A DNA stretch of 63,969 bases, counting the filler, from Octopus bimaculoides (taxonomy: Eukaryota), in the NCBI RefSeq assembly GCF_001194135.2. It is 6 parts of 6 records of this genome, joined end to end, with 100 filler letters (N's around TTAATTAATTAA, not from the genome) between each part and the next. Parts side by side here need not be neighbours in the genome. Positions count along the whole stretch, not along the records: positions 40,192 to 54,149 come from NC_069006.1; 5 more parts are not named here. The stretch is one strand, 5' to 3'. A program made the position numbers and the translations under genes. Of this stretch, positions 40,912-53,164 are shown one piece after another (positions within the stretch are counted from its first letter, which is position 1; every line of letters begins with the position of its first letter). Under the pieces are notes generated by a model. It did not search any database. It was given only the letters and a program-made list of their open reading frames with translations, and was not told the origin of the DNA.

Positions 40912-40944
<33 letters not shown>

Positions 40945-41171
40945 TACATATTGTGATTTGTTTATTCTCTATTTTTGGCACTATATTCCACCACATCTTG
41001 TGTTCATTTGTCATCACCTTCCTAATCTACAGCACTATAGGATCAGTCTTCACCAAATCTACCACACTTTCTGTACAGTTATGTAAATACACACTCACAC
41101 ATGTATATAAACATGCACATCCTTACATTTACTCACTCACACAAATGCAAACACATGCACTCATATATGTA

Positions 41172-41394
41172 GGGGGGTGCTGAAAAGTTCCTGGCTTTGG
41201 GTAAAAGAAAATACAGGAGGATCAGTTAATTATGATTTTTATTTAACACATTCCATATTCTCTTCTCAGATTTCCACACTTATTGCAGTAGTCCTTCGAG
41301 TTTTCTAAGCCCTGAAATAGGACTTGGAAGGTTGGGCCTCCAACCAGATCTTTTGTGATACCCTTAAAGCTAGGAACTTTTCAGCACACACTCA
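41172..41394. mobile_element. Same MITE family, opposite orientation
   Basis: GGGGGGTGCTGAAAAGTTCCTGGCTTT...AAAGCTAGGAACTTTTCAGCAC. Confidence 0.85.
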
Positions 41395-41419
<25 letters not shown>

Positions 41420-41429
<10 letters not shown>

Positions 41430-41749
41430 GGTGGTTGTCTACTCCTTAAACAGAATTTGACCACCCCCTGCACCTACACCTTAGCCCTTTCATGGCGTCT
41501 GATGTGGCTTTTTAAACCAGACAGTGTTTTGAAAAAACACCCACACAGATTGCACCTCTGATTTGCACTACCAATACCTGCAAGTAAGTTCTGCTCATTG
41601 TGGATCCTAACATGTCTTTTAAGACCCCCATTGGATTTGCAAACCCTCTGGCACACACCACATTCAAACGTGTGCACAGACATATAATCAGAATAGCTGG
41701 ATGAGATTTGTTTTCCATGGGTTCGCAGGTGAGATTTGAGGCCAGCCAT
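41420..41749 (-). pseudogene. C2H2 zinc-finger coding fragment (2 complete + 1 partial finger), probably a 5'-truncated LINE 3' end
   Basis: CGVCQRVCKSNGGLKRHVRIH and CNLCGCFFKTLSGLKSHIRRH, TAG at 41474-76, ~45-nt 3' UTR running into (AT)n. No TGEKP linkers. Confidence 0.75.
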
Positions 41750-41888
41750 ATTCTCTTCTCAGATTTCCACACTTATTTTATATATATATACATGTCTAGT
41801 GGTTCCACTTTGGTTTAGAATCTTTTATCCACCCCTTCTGGGGTGGGTGAAACCTGGTTTTTTTTTTGAGTCATTGAGCCAAGCCTAC

Positions 41889-41994
<106 letters not shown>

Positions 41995-41996
41995 TA

Positions 41997-42205
41997 TTCT
42001 TTTACTTGTTTCATTCATTTAACTGTGGTCATGCTGGAGCACCACCTGAAAGGGTTTTAATCAAAGACATCGCCCCCAGGACCTATTCTTTCTAAGCTTA
42101 GTACTATCAATTCTTTGGCTGAACTGCTAAGTTAAGGCATCATAAACATACCAGCATTGGTTCTCAAGTGATGGCAGGTGGGGAGACAAACATAGACACA
42201 CATTC
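41997..42205 (-). mobile_element. SINE family A 3' half
   Basis: TTTACTTGTTTCA...CATGCTGGAGCACC...AGACAAAC. Further fragments near 7.65, 9.83, 42.9, 56.6 and 63.92 kb. Confidence 0.8.
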
Positions 42206-42327
42206 ACATGAATATATACATACATATATATATATTTATATAAATAAGGATAAGATCGATATTTAAAATATTGATCCTATCAAGTGGTCAGCATGGGAAT
42301 AAAAAACCATCAAAGGTAATAATTATT

Positions 42328-42581
42328 TTAAAATTATAATACAGGGTATCAAGAGATACCACCATGCTGAAAAAATAGCAGTCAAATCCTGACTCTAAAA
42401 CCACAATAAATGTCCGCATGGCACGATTAGCGAAGACGAAAGACCAAATAAACCAGTTTATTTGGTCTTTCGTCTTCGCTAATCGTGCCATGCGGACATT
42501 TATTGTGGTTTTAGAGTCAGGATTTGACTGCTATTTTTTCAGCATGGTGGTATCTCTTGATACCCTGTATTATAATTTTAA
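42328..42581. repeat. Perfect palindrome: 126-bp arms, 2-nt centre
   Basis: 42328-42453 is the exact reverse complement of 42456-42581. Confidence 0.95.
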
Positions 42582-43075
42582 TTTACATACATATATATAT
42601 ATATATATATATGAATATATATTTGTTACCTTTATGCTATTTTAATGCAAGTTTAAGACTAACTCAACAGGCAAAGTCATTTCAAATTTACTATAAAATC
42701 TATTTTGACAGGGACTTTAAGATTCATTTCATGGCTTATTCAAGTATTCTATGTAAATACTTGATTGAATACAACAAGTTTAGTGAAAACAAGAAGGATA
42801 AAGAGAGAAAACTTGATACTGAAAGCATTGTATCGAGATGTCAGATAAATTTGTTCATTTCTTTCTAATGCTGTTTGCATTAACATGTTTTATGTTTTAT
42901 CTTTTACTTGTTTCAGTCATTAGACTGCGACCAAAGAACTTTAGTTGAATGAATCGGCCCTAAGACTTAATTTATTTTCTAAGCCTAGTATAGATTATGG
43001 ACACATAAAAGCACCAACAGTAGTTGTTAGTGGTGGCAGACAAAACTTTGACACAAACAGACGCACACACAAATG

Positions 43076-43285
43076 CGAGCTTGCAGAATGGTTAGCATGC
43101 CAGGCAAAATGCTTAGTGGTATATCATCCGTCTTTACTTATTAAGTTCAAATTCTGTTGAGGTTAACTTTGCCTTTCGTCCTTTCAGAGTTGATAAAATA
43201 AGTACCAGTTGAGCACTGGGGGTCAATGTAATTGACTTACACATACCCTGATATTGCTGGCTTTGTGCCAAAATTTGAAACCAAT
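43076..43285 (+). mobile_element. SINE family C
   Basis: GTTCAAATTC B-box-like, TTTGCCTTTC...GATAAAATAAGTACCAG...TGTGCCAAAATTTGAAACC. Confidence 0.75.
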
Positions 43286-43290
43286 ATATT

Positions 43291-43330
<40 letters not shown>

Positions 43331-43589
43331 TGATAAAGAAGGGGTGTGGCTGGACTTTTATTTTTTAATCACTACAATTGTTTCCACACAACATGGTACT
43401 CCAGAAGTGCAGGTACTTGATTTTGCAACTGTTTCCCTGTATTACGAGATCTAGTTGTGGTTCCTCAGGTGATAAGCTCAGTGACTACTACTACTAAATT
43501 TAGGCCCATGACAGACAGAGGGGATGTTCTTGAAGCTGAGGATTTCAAACTTGAGACAATATTTACAAAGCTCCCAGCACAATCTGTTA

Positions 43590-43742
43590 AGTGTTTGGTA
43601 TCAGGAAGGGCATCCAGCCATGGAAACCAAGCCAAATCAGACTGGAACCTGGTGAAGCTCACCAGCTTTCCAGCCCTGGTCAAACCATCCACCCCATGCT
43701 AGCATGGTAAATGGACATTATTTGATGATGATGATGTTGATG
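43590..43742 (+). mobile_element. Diverged RTE-type 3' end
   Basis: AGGAAGGGCATCCAGCC...CATGCTAGCATGG...GATGATG. Confidence 0.7.
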
Positions 43743-43854
43743 AATCTGCATCAATCCTCTAGGGAATTGACCCAATAGGTGGTATGCTCTCATGTTACCA
43801 TCATCCATCACCTTAACTTGATGAATAAAGTCCAAACCTGACCAGTGACAGGGT

Positions 43855-44280
43855 CTGCTTCTTCAACATAGCAACATTTGCCCTCCACGTTGCTAATTTG
43901 TCCAAAATTGCTTTTCAAGAGCTGTGTTTGGAAGTTCTAATGCACTCACCATATTCTCCTAACATAGCGTCTTCAGATTATCCTCTTTATTTGTCATTTT
44001 CCAACAGTCTCCAAGACTTTTTGTTGAATAACAATAAAAGAGCAGAAAACGTGGCTGGATGAATTCTTCAATTCTTGTGCATATTCCACATACTGTTCAT
44101 GCACTTTTGGCTGTTTTTTTCTCAAAAGATTTAGTGCATGAGAGCACTGCATACAATAAGTTCATTATTATATTATTATATGCAAGCCAAGGCCTGGCAG
44201 TTCCTGCCATCAAGGCATTGACAAGCTGGTGGAATGTTGTCAAGAAGTCTACACACTGTAAGAAATTATATTATTGACTG
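43855..44280 (+). pseudogene. Mariner (YSPDLAP/DD34D-type) transposase C-terminal remnant with ~120-bp insertion
   Basis: ELCLEVLMHSPYSPNIASSDYPLY...WLDEFFNS...GIDKLVE. Confidence 0.75.
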
Positions 44281-44641
44281 ATCTGTTGAAAGTGTTGATG
44301 AAAAACAAGAAATTAAAATAATTGGGAAAAAAAAACAAAAAAAACTTAATGAATTTATCTGACAAATGAATATCAACAATATATTAAGCAGAAAGTTCAA
44401 ATTTTGTAGCACTGACTTTTGCATCCCCAATCGTCATACAATAGTCCAACCCCACTCCCCATCTCATCCCCCCAACTTACCACACACTTTTTTGTACACC
44501 GCAAAATAAGGTGCTCGTTTGTAATGTGAAAGAGAATAAAATAATATATATATATATATATACATATATATACACATATACAGATATACACAAAAATATA
44601 CCTTATCATACATATATGCTTTATATATATTGAATATATAA

Positions 44642-44675
<34 letters not shown>

Positions 44676-44677
<2 letters not shown>

Positions 44678-44928
44678 TTGCCAGTGCCCCTGGACTGGCT
44701 TGTGCGGGTGGCACATAAAAGACACCATTTCGAGCGTGGCCGTTTTCGTGCGGGTGACACGTAAAAGCACCCACTACACTCTCTGAGTGGTTGGCGTTAG
44801 GAAGGGCATCCAGCTGTAGAAACTCTGCCAAATCAGACTGGAGCCTGGTGTTGCCATCCGGTTTCACCAGTCCTCAGTCAAATCGTCCAACCCATGCTAG
44901 CATGGAAAGCGCACGTTAAACGATGATA
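44676..44928 (+). mobile_element. Same RTE-type 3' end family
   Basis: Near-identical to 51617-51908. Confidence 0.85.
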
Positions 44929-45079
44929 TATATATATACATACACACACACATATACATTTATATATACATCTACATATATGTATGTGTATGTATACATA
45001 CATACCCTCACACACACACATACAAAAGTGAACAGGTAAAACAAGAGTTAATCTTAACAATAGAGTTTGTGCTGCATAT

Positions 45080-45750
45080 AACCACTGCTGCTGCTGCTAC
45101 TTCTACTACTACTACTACTACTACCACCATCACCACCACCATCACCACCACCACCTCTACTGCTGCTGCTGCTGCTGCTTGAGTTTCTGCTGCCTCCACT
45201 ATTATCACCATATCTACCCTCTGCCCCCACGTCCCCCACGTCTTCCACACACCCCCTCTGCTATCATATCAACCCCCCACCTCACGACCATGAGACTAAA
45301 CCTCAGAGGACCACCTGTTACTACTACATAATCTTCGCCGCCACCACCAGCACCACCACCACCACCACCATCCATTAGTAATGTACCAGTAGTCACTTAA
45401 CAACTCCACCAGGACCACTCCATCACGCCCCCACCACCGTTATCAGTCCTCCCCCTACCCCCCATGTGACACCATTAAGACTGCTTTGTTATATACTACA
45501 GTTAGCTAATTATACCTGACTGTTTACATGTTACCAACACCACCGCTGCCGCTGCCACCACGACCACGACCATGACCACCACCACCACCATAACTACTAT
45601 CATGACCACCACAATCATCACCATCATCAACACTACTACAAATTCCAGAGCCACCACCACCACTACCACAACCACCACAACCACCAACACCAACACTACC
45701 ACCATCGCTTCCACCACAAATATTACTTATGCCACTACTTCTAACACTAT
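45080..45750. repeat. CAC/ACC/CTA low-complexity field
   Basis: Direct reading. Confidence 0.9.
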
Positions 45751-45874
45751 TAACACCACTGATGCACCACTTTGTGGTCATTGCGACCTGCCAGAAATAA
45801 CTCACACCCCCTCAAATCACAGCCTACCGTCTTATACGAAGGCAGGATACATTAAATAATGCAGTGTTGCTTAA

Positions 45875-46109
45875 CAATAGAGTGGATGATATAATACTAA
45901 GTATAGCAGGTGCATGTATGGCTGTGTGGTAAGAAGCTGGCTTGCCAACCACATGGTTCCAGGTTCAGTTCCACTTTGATCAGCCTAAATCTATTGCAGG
46001 TGCCACTCAGTGGAACTGAACCTGGAACCATGTGGTTGGGAAGCCAGCTTCTTACCACACAGCCATACATGCACCTGCTATACTTAGTATTATATTATCC
46101 ACTCTATTG
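45875..46109. repeat. Inverted repeat of a SINE head plus flank: 101-bp arms, 33-nt spacer
   Basis: 45875-45975 vs 46009-46109, 2 mismatches. Confidence 0.95.
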
Positions 46110-46565
46110 AGTAATTCTGGCGAAAACAAGTAGGGGAGAGAGCCCCACCTGGAATTTAAATTTATGTCAAAATTTATGAAACATGGAATGGACCTGTGAG
46201 TGAATTTGATATTTAGTAATTGTGTACCCTTGAAAAAGTGTGGATGACCATGGCTGGAATGTCTTTGACAATAGGTTTGATGAATTGGGGTTGAACCTGG
46301 AGCTAACTACATTGTAACAATAGCAACAACTTGAAACATGAACAAAATAGAAGAAAAAGAAGAAGACGAAGAAGAAGATGAAAGCAGATGTTTGTGGTCA
46401 TAAAAGAGGAAGAAATAGAATGAAGAGAGTGTATATAAAGTAATAGACCCTGTTATGTAGATAGAAAGATCTGAGGTATATTGTCCTATGGTACAATGTA
46501 AAGGCTTTACAGAGATCTCAACTGTAAAGTTTCTTGTTTGGGCATGTTTAGATACCATTGTACTC

Positions 46566-46630
<65 letters not shown>

Positions 46631-47062
46631 CATAAAGATACACATACACATACATACACATGTGTACACAAGCATACACAGATATACATATACATGCACA
46701 CATACACGTGTATGTGTGCATGTATATGTATGCAAAAATATGCGTGTGGGTATATGATGATGATGATATATATATGATTATTTCTCACCACTACCATCAC
46801 CACTGCTATCACTGCCACTGCCTCCACCACCACTGCCTTTACTACCACTACCAGAAGACCTGCTCTCCCTCCAGCACAAGCTCATTGAAATACTTGTTAA
46901 AACAGTGGGATCGTGCATGACCCCACCCCCACACAAACACACGACTTGGTCTATTGGCTGGTTGACACATCACCACAGCCTATTGCCTATACCCTCACAC
47001 CTCCCCCTCATCTCTTCATTTACTCCCTGTAGCACTGTACCCAACACTGGATTAACCATTAA

Positions 47063-47225
47063 CCCCCTAGCATTTAAACCAGCCATATCCGGTGTCTACA
47101 ATGTCATTCTAAAAATGAACATCCACATTATGAAACTTTTGAAGCCACAAAATAATTCATAATTAATTCAAAGCAATATGAATAAATATGATTACAGTTA
47201 ATGGAAGAATCTGAATGTTAAAGGG
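47063..47225. mobile_element. Same piggyBac-type MITE, opposite orientation
   Basis: TTAA|CCCCCTAGCATTTAAACCAGCCATATCC ... TTAAAGGG|TTAA. Confidence 0.75.
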
Positions 47226-47284
47226 TTAAGCAAAATAAGCACATGTGCAGGATATCAGATGAATCAGGGGTACACCACAGAAAT

Positions 47285-48301
47285 GGTAAATGGTTTATAG
47301 CACAAAAGAAATCACTTTAAAATGCTTTGAAATCATCAGAACACCTGAATTTATCCAGCAAGTTCAACAGACCATTGATTACAATTCCAGAAAGTTAATG
47401 AGGTCAATTGCAAAAGATCTCCATGTGTCAGAAGGAACAGTCAGAAATGTTGTCCACAAAGACATCAGATATGTCTAATATGATGAGGAAAGGTCAATTT
47501 GTTAGAAAAATCAAAAGAAAATCATTACATCAGATATAAAAGGCTCTTAAACAATCTGAAAAATCCAGCAGAAGAAGATTTGATTTGGTTTTTCTCAAAC
47601 GAGAAAAACTTCAACCAAGATCAAAAATTGAACAAAATAAATGACAGATGGTTTTGTGCAGACCCTTCTGAAGTTCCAAGTTTTATGCATGCCAAATTTC
47701 CTGCAACTGTCATGGTTTTAGGGTTTGTCAGCAATAAAGGACATGTGATGTCTCCATACTTCTTTCCACAAGGCCTTAGAATTAACTCTGACGCTTACAT
47801 TGAGGTCCTGGAAATAATTGTTAAGCCCTGGATAGACAGTGTATGCAATGGAAGGTCATATGTGTTTCAGTAAGACACTGCACTATCACACATGGCTCTA
47901 GTAACTCAGGAATGGATGGGGGAAAATTTTCATGATCACATAACCCCTAAAATTTGGCCTCCTAATTCCCCAGATCTCAATCCATTGGACTAAAACATGT
48001 GGAGTGTTGTTGAGACAGAGGTCAATGAACATGCCCATAACATCAAAGATTCTTTGAAAGCTGCCATAATCAGAGTAATGCTCAAAATGAAACCAGGACC
48101 ATTTGATTCGAGCATGTAGATGATTTAGATCTCATATAGAAGCAATTGTTGAAGCTGAAGGTGGCTTTATTGAATAACATTATAGAAAAGAAGGTTTATT
48201 TTTATCCTCATAGCATTTTTTGATAAATAAAGTTATCTCTTATCATATATCTGCTTTTTTATAAACATAAATCTGTCCTCAAATATCTTATGCACCCTGT
48301 A
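47285..48301 (+). mobile_element. Decayed maT/DD37D Tc1-mariner element, 5' end not found
   Basis: WFFSNEKNF (first D mutated), then Q*D-37 aa-WPPNSPDLNPLD, C-terminal IEAIVEAEGGFIE*. Ends ...TGCACCCTG|TA; in-frame stops present. Confidence 0.9.
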
Positions 48302-49004
48302 TATACACATATATTTTGCATATATTTANNNNNNNNNNNNNNNNNNNNNNNNNNNNNNNNNNNNNNNNNNNNNNNNNNNNNNNNNNNNNNNNNNNNNNNN
48401 NNNNNNNNNNNNNNNNNNNNNNNNNNNNNNNNNNNNNNNNNNNNNNNNNNNNNNNNNNNNNNNNNNNNNNNNNNNNNNNNNNNNNNNNNNNNNNNNNNNN
48501 NNNNNNNNNNNNNNNNNNNNNNNNNNNNNNNNNNNNNNNNNNNNNNNNNNNNNNNNNNNNNNNNNNNNNNNNNNNNNNNNNNNNNNNNNNNNNNNNNNNN
48601 NNNNNNNNNNNNNNNNNNNNNNNNNNNNNNNNNNNNNNNNNNNNNNNNNNNNNNNNNNNNNNNNNNNNNNNNNNNNNNNNNNNNNNNNNNNNNNNNNNNN
48701 NNNNNNNNNNNNNNNNNNNNNNNNNNNNNNNNNNNNNNNNNNNNNNNNNNNNNNNNNNNNNNNNNNNNNNNNNNNNNNNNNNNNNNNNNNNNNNNNNNNN
48801 NNNNNNNNNNNNNNNNNNNNNNNNNNNNNNNNNNNNNNNNNNNNNNNNNNNNNNNNNNNNNNNNNNNNNNNNNNNNNNNNNNNNNNNNNNNNNNNNNNNN
48901 NNNNNNNNNNNNNNNNNNNNNNNNNNNNNNNNNNNNNNNNNNNNNNNNNNNNNNNNNNNNNNNNNNNNNNNNNNNNNNNNNNNNNNNNNNNNNNNNNNNN
49001 NNNN

Positions 49005-49052
<48 letters not shown>

Positions 49053-49399
49053 ACGCATGCACATGCATGTGCACATATGCACACTCATGTTCACACATAC
49101 ACATGCATGCACACACATACACAACCACTTGTACACATGCACACATAAATATTATTTAGCAATGGTAACTTCTTTATGCAGTTGTTTCTTCCATATGCAT
49201 CACATGTTCATATATATATATATATAAGAGAGAGAGAAAGAAAGAGAGAGAGGGAGATATATGGAGTGGCTCTGTGGTAAGTAGCTTGCTTACTAACTAC
49301 ATGGTTCTGGATTCAGTCCCACTGCATGACACCTGGGGCAAGTTCTACTATCCTTACACGTACCATTACAATCATATGGGAACCAGTATCACAACATCA

Positions 49400-49592
49400 T
49401 ATCTGCTGTTGGTGACTCTTTCGTGCAACAGAATGAAAGCATCTTCATCAATTGGATCCAAGCACTGCAACACCAATGGAAGACGTGTGTGCTCTACAAG
49501 GGGTGGTTTATGTTGAAAAATAAACCTCATTTGGTCACATTTGGTCACAAGAGTATCTTGATTAACCTATGAACTTTCCAGCTGACCCTCAT
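49400..49592 (+). mobile_element. Mariner 3' end remnant
   Basis: IQALQHQWKTCV...G.YVEK*-like C-terminus, then TIR-like GAACTTTCCAGCTGACCCTC|ATA. Confidence 0.6.
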
Positions 49593-49595
49593 AAT

Positions 49596-50002
49596 ACTCT
49601 TTACTCTTTACTCTTTTACTTGTTTCAGTCATTTGACTGCGGCCATGCTGGAGCACCGCCTTTAGTCGAGTAAATCGACCCCCAGGACTTATTCTTTGTA
49701 AGCCTAGTACTTATTCTATCGGTCTCTTTTGCCGAACCGCTAAGTTACGGGGACGTACACACACCAGCATCGGTTGTCAAGCGATGTTGGTGGGGACAAA
49801 CACAGACACATGAACACACATATATATATATACATATATATGATGGGCTTCTTTCAGTTTCCGTCAACAAATCCACTCACAAGGCTTTGGTCGGCCCAAG
49901 GCTATAGTAGAAGACACTTGCCCAAGGTGCCACGCAGTGGGACTGAACCCAGAACCATGTGGTTGGTAAGCAAGCTACTTACCACACAGCCACTCCTGCA
50001 CC
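49596..50002 (-). mobile_element. Full-length SINE family A (tRNA head, central microsatellite, GAGTAAA-type tail)
   Basis: Head GGTGCAGGAGTGGCTGTGTGGTAAG...GGTTCAGTCC; body homologous to many copies in the window. Confidence 0.9.
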
Positions 50003-50159
50003 TATAACCATTATTTTATACCTATTTCCCCTTGCTTTTATAAGTTAGATGGAACTCACTTACTGCAGTCTTTCGTCACCTCCTGGCTGAGATCACCCTC
50101 CTAAGATCACTCTCCTGAGATCAATCAACCTTTCTTACTTCTTCTCATGTTTTGCTTGA

Positions 50160-51150
50160 TCATCATCATCATCATCGCCATCATTATCATTTAGCAACTG
50201 TTTTCCATGCTAGCATGGGTTGGATGGTTTGATAGGAGCTAATCAATTGGGACTGGCACGAGTGCTTTACTATGGCTCTGGTAAGGGTGCTTCTATGTGA
50301 TGCTATCTGCGCAGGTGCTTTTATGTGACACCAGCATGGGTGTTATAACATTGCACTGGCATGGGTGCTTTTATGCGGCTTTGACAGGTACTTTTATGCG
50401 GCTTTGACAGGTACTTTTATGCGGCTTTGACAGGTACTTTTATGTGGTTTTGACAGGTACTTTTATGTGACTTTGACAGGTACTTTTTGCACAGCACCAG
50501 CACCTCCAAGCATGCATGACAAGGGCCTGTCAGCTGAGAGAGGGAGCGGGGGGGGGGTGAGTCCTCGGCCATAAAGGACATTTCTGTATGGACAGATATA
50601 TGGCTGGTCATGACTTTACGTAGCTTGACATGTTTTCTCAAGTATGTTCTTTTCACTTCGATTGCTTGACACTCCTGCATCCATTTTTCATTCTTTATAT
50701 GTATCAGATTCCATATCAGCGTACTGTATCTGATTCTAATACGCAGTTTCTCTCTCAGCTCATTTGAGCTTTGTCAGTCAAGCACATCACACATCCTACA
50801 GAGCATGTTCACCTTATTTCTTTTTAGCCATCATTTATCCTCAACATTCAATCTCATTTTCATAATCATGTTAATATTGTTTTCCATTCAAACATCATAC
50901 AGTCTGTCTTTCATTCAGAAAGATAACTAGATAATCCCTTTGTAGCCAATAGAGGTAACACCTCCCTAAGCTTATCTGTACTTATTCTGTCTGCTATGAT
51001 TTTCTGACACCTAACTTGCACTGCTAATTAGGTCACCCACATGACAAGTTGTTAGCTACTTCTAGAGCCTTCTGGGCATTTGAAAAATTTCATTTCACCT
51101 GTGCTTTTACCGGTGTTGCTTCTAATTTTTCACTGTAGCTATACACAGAA
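50160..51150 (-). pseudogene. Heavily decayed RTE LINE 3' part with 3' UTR and (GAT)n tail
   Basis: Minus-strand LREVLPLLATKGL, NELREKL and QECQAIEVK segments are homologous to the 20 kb copy. Ends in CCATGCTAGCATGGAAAAC plus GAT repeats; boundaries approximate. Confidence 0.65.
50368..50482. repeat. 23-bp minisatellite x5 inside an RTE 3' UTR
   Basis: CTTTTATGCGGCTTTGACAGGTA x3 exact plus 2 variant units, contiguous with no spacers. Confidence 0.95.
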
Positions 51151-51538
51151 ATTTTCTTATGTATTATTTTTTGAAATTTACAGCGTTTTCATGTAAATGC
51201 TGTTTTGCTTCCAGAAAAAAGGAAGTCTTTCTATGGTTGTAGTTTTTTTTCCTCAAACTGCCAGACTTTGGAACTCTCTTCCATCTCGTTGTTTTCTCCT
51301 TCTTATAAACTTAAACTCTTTAATGTCTAAAGTAAATTCATTCCTTTCATCTTAATTTCTCCTTCTTGATACTCCTTTACATTTTGTGGCATCTCACCTT
51401 GTTTTGAACTTTCTTATGAAAAAACGTAGTGAGTGCATCCATGCAAATAACCGTTGCTTGAATGCCATATTAACCATCTAAGCAAATAGACACCAATTTC
51501 CAAAGGTCTGTCATTTAATATATTATAATGAAATTTCT

Positions 51539-51908
51539 GGCACATAAAATACACCATTTTGAGTGTGTCCGTTGCCAGTACCGCCTGACTGGCCATCGTA
51601 GGATTTTCAAGCGAGATCGTTGCCAGTGCCCCTGGACTGGCTCTTGTGCAGGTGGCACATAAAATACACCGTTTTGAGTGTGGCCATTGCCAGTACCGCC
51701 TGACTGGCCTTCGTGCGGGTGACACGTAAAAGCACCCACTACACTCTCGGAGTGGTTGGCATTAAGCAGGGCATCCAGCTGTAGAAACTCTGCCAAATCA
51801 GATTGGAGCCTGGTGTAGCCTTCGGGTTCCACCAGTCCTCAGTCAAATCGTCCAACCCATGCTAGCATGGAAAGCGGACGTTAAACGATGATGATGATGA
51901 TGATGATG
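51539..51908 (+). mobile_element. 5'-truncated retroelement 3' end (RTE-type) with internal 115-bp periodic module and (GAT)n tail
   Basis: GGCACATAAAATACACC...GACTGGCC at 51539 and 51654, then GGGCATCCAGCTGTAGAAACTCTGCC...CATGCTAGCATGGAAAGCGGACGTTAAACGATGATG. Confidence 0.8.
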
Positions 51909-52974
51909 AATTTCTTCAATTACAAAATTCTACTTCATCTTTATACTTTAACTTGGTAACTCCACTTATGCCAGTGCCAAGTATAAACCACCCAGTCCAC
52001 TCTTCAAAGTGGTTGGTGTCAGGAAGAGCATCCAACCATAGAAACCATGTCAAGGCAAATATTACAGCTTGTTACTATCCTTTACTTCCTCAGCTCCTGT
52101 CAAACCATTCAACCTATACCAGCATGAAAAATGGACGTTAAATGACAATGATGACGATGATGTATACTAATTGTAAAACGTGTGCGCATACATTACGTGT
52201 GTACATACAAAAATGTACAGTCTAGAAGGAACACTGACTCCAACTGCCAATTAGTTACTCCCGAGCATCAGCTGCATTAGAAATTCTTCTTCTCTATCAC
52301 CCAAACTGCAATCCCACTTTGTAGATCTATATTTTACTTTGGTGACACCGTATAAAATTTCTACCCACCTCTTTTCTGCTCTTGAAGGCACATAGCCTAG
52401 TGATTAGGGTGTTAAACGCACAATCACAAGATTGTGGTTTTGACTCCTGGACTGACCAAGGGGTGCATTGTGTTCTTGAACGAAATACTTCATTTCATGT
52501 TGCACCAGTCCACTTGGCTGTAAATGGGTAACCATGCAATGGACTGGTATCCAATTCAGGAGAAATGTGATTTCAACCACTTACATGCCATGGAAGCTGG
52601 GTAACAAGTTCTACGAGTCCTTGGATTCAAAACATTACTTACATTTTCTGCTGGCCAATGTGGTTATTTCTGAGATGACTATAGAATCCTGTGTTCTTTC
52701 CTGCTAAGAAAGATTTTAGGTTCCAGTCTTTGCCTTCAGGTCTGGAATCTTCCCTCTAATTCTTGATTGTCCTGATCATGGAGAATTGAGCCTAATCTCT
52801 CTGCTAAAGTCTTTGTTGCCTTCTCATTGCTAACTCTCATCTGGATAATATCACACCTGTTGATTGCCTGCATGGCTTGCCTAAGTCACATACACATGTA
52901 TGCATACAGACACGCATGCACACACACATGAACACATACACAGACTTATGTATGTATGTATATATATATATGTC

Positions 52975-53036
<62 letters not shown>

Positions 53037-53164
53037 CATGTATAAAGAGGTGTATGTATAAGTGTGTGTGTGTGTGTGTTTGTGTGTGTGCATGTGCATG
53101 CATGCATATGTGTGCATTGTGTGTGGAAACGTTTTAGAATCTTAACTAAGAATCTGTAGAAAAT

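Noticed and set aside
41474-41749. Host C2H2 zinc-finger gene call
   Set aside because: No canonical linkers, the ATG is at a repeat junction, and the 3' end runs into (AT)n; retroelement origin is more likely. Kept as a pseudogene and a finding.
50368-50482. CRISPR-like 23-bp repeats
   Set aside because: Units are contiguous with no spacers, there are no cas genes, and they lie in a LINE 3' UTR.
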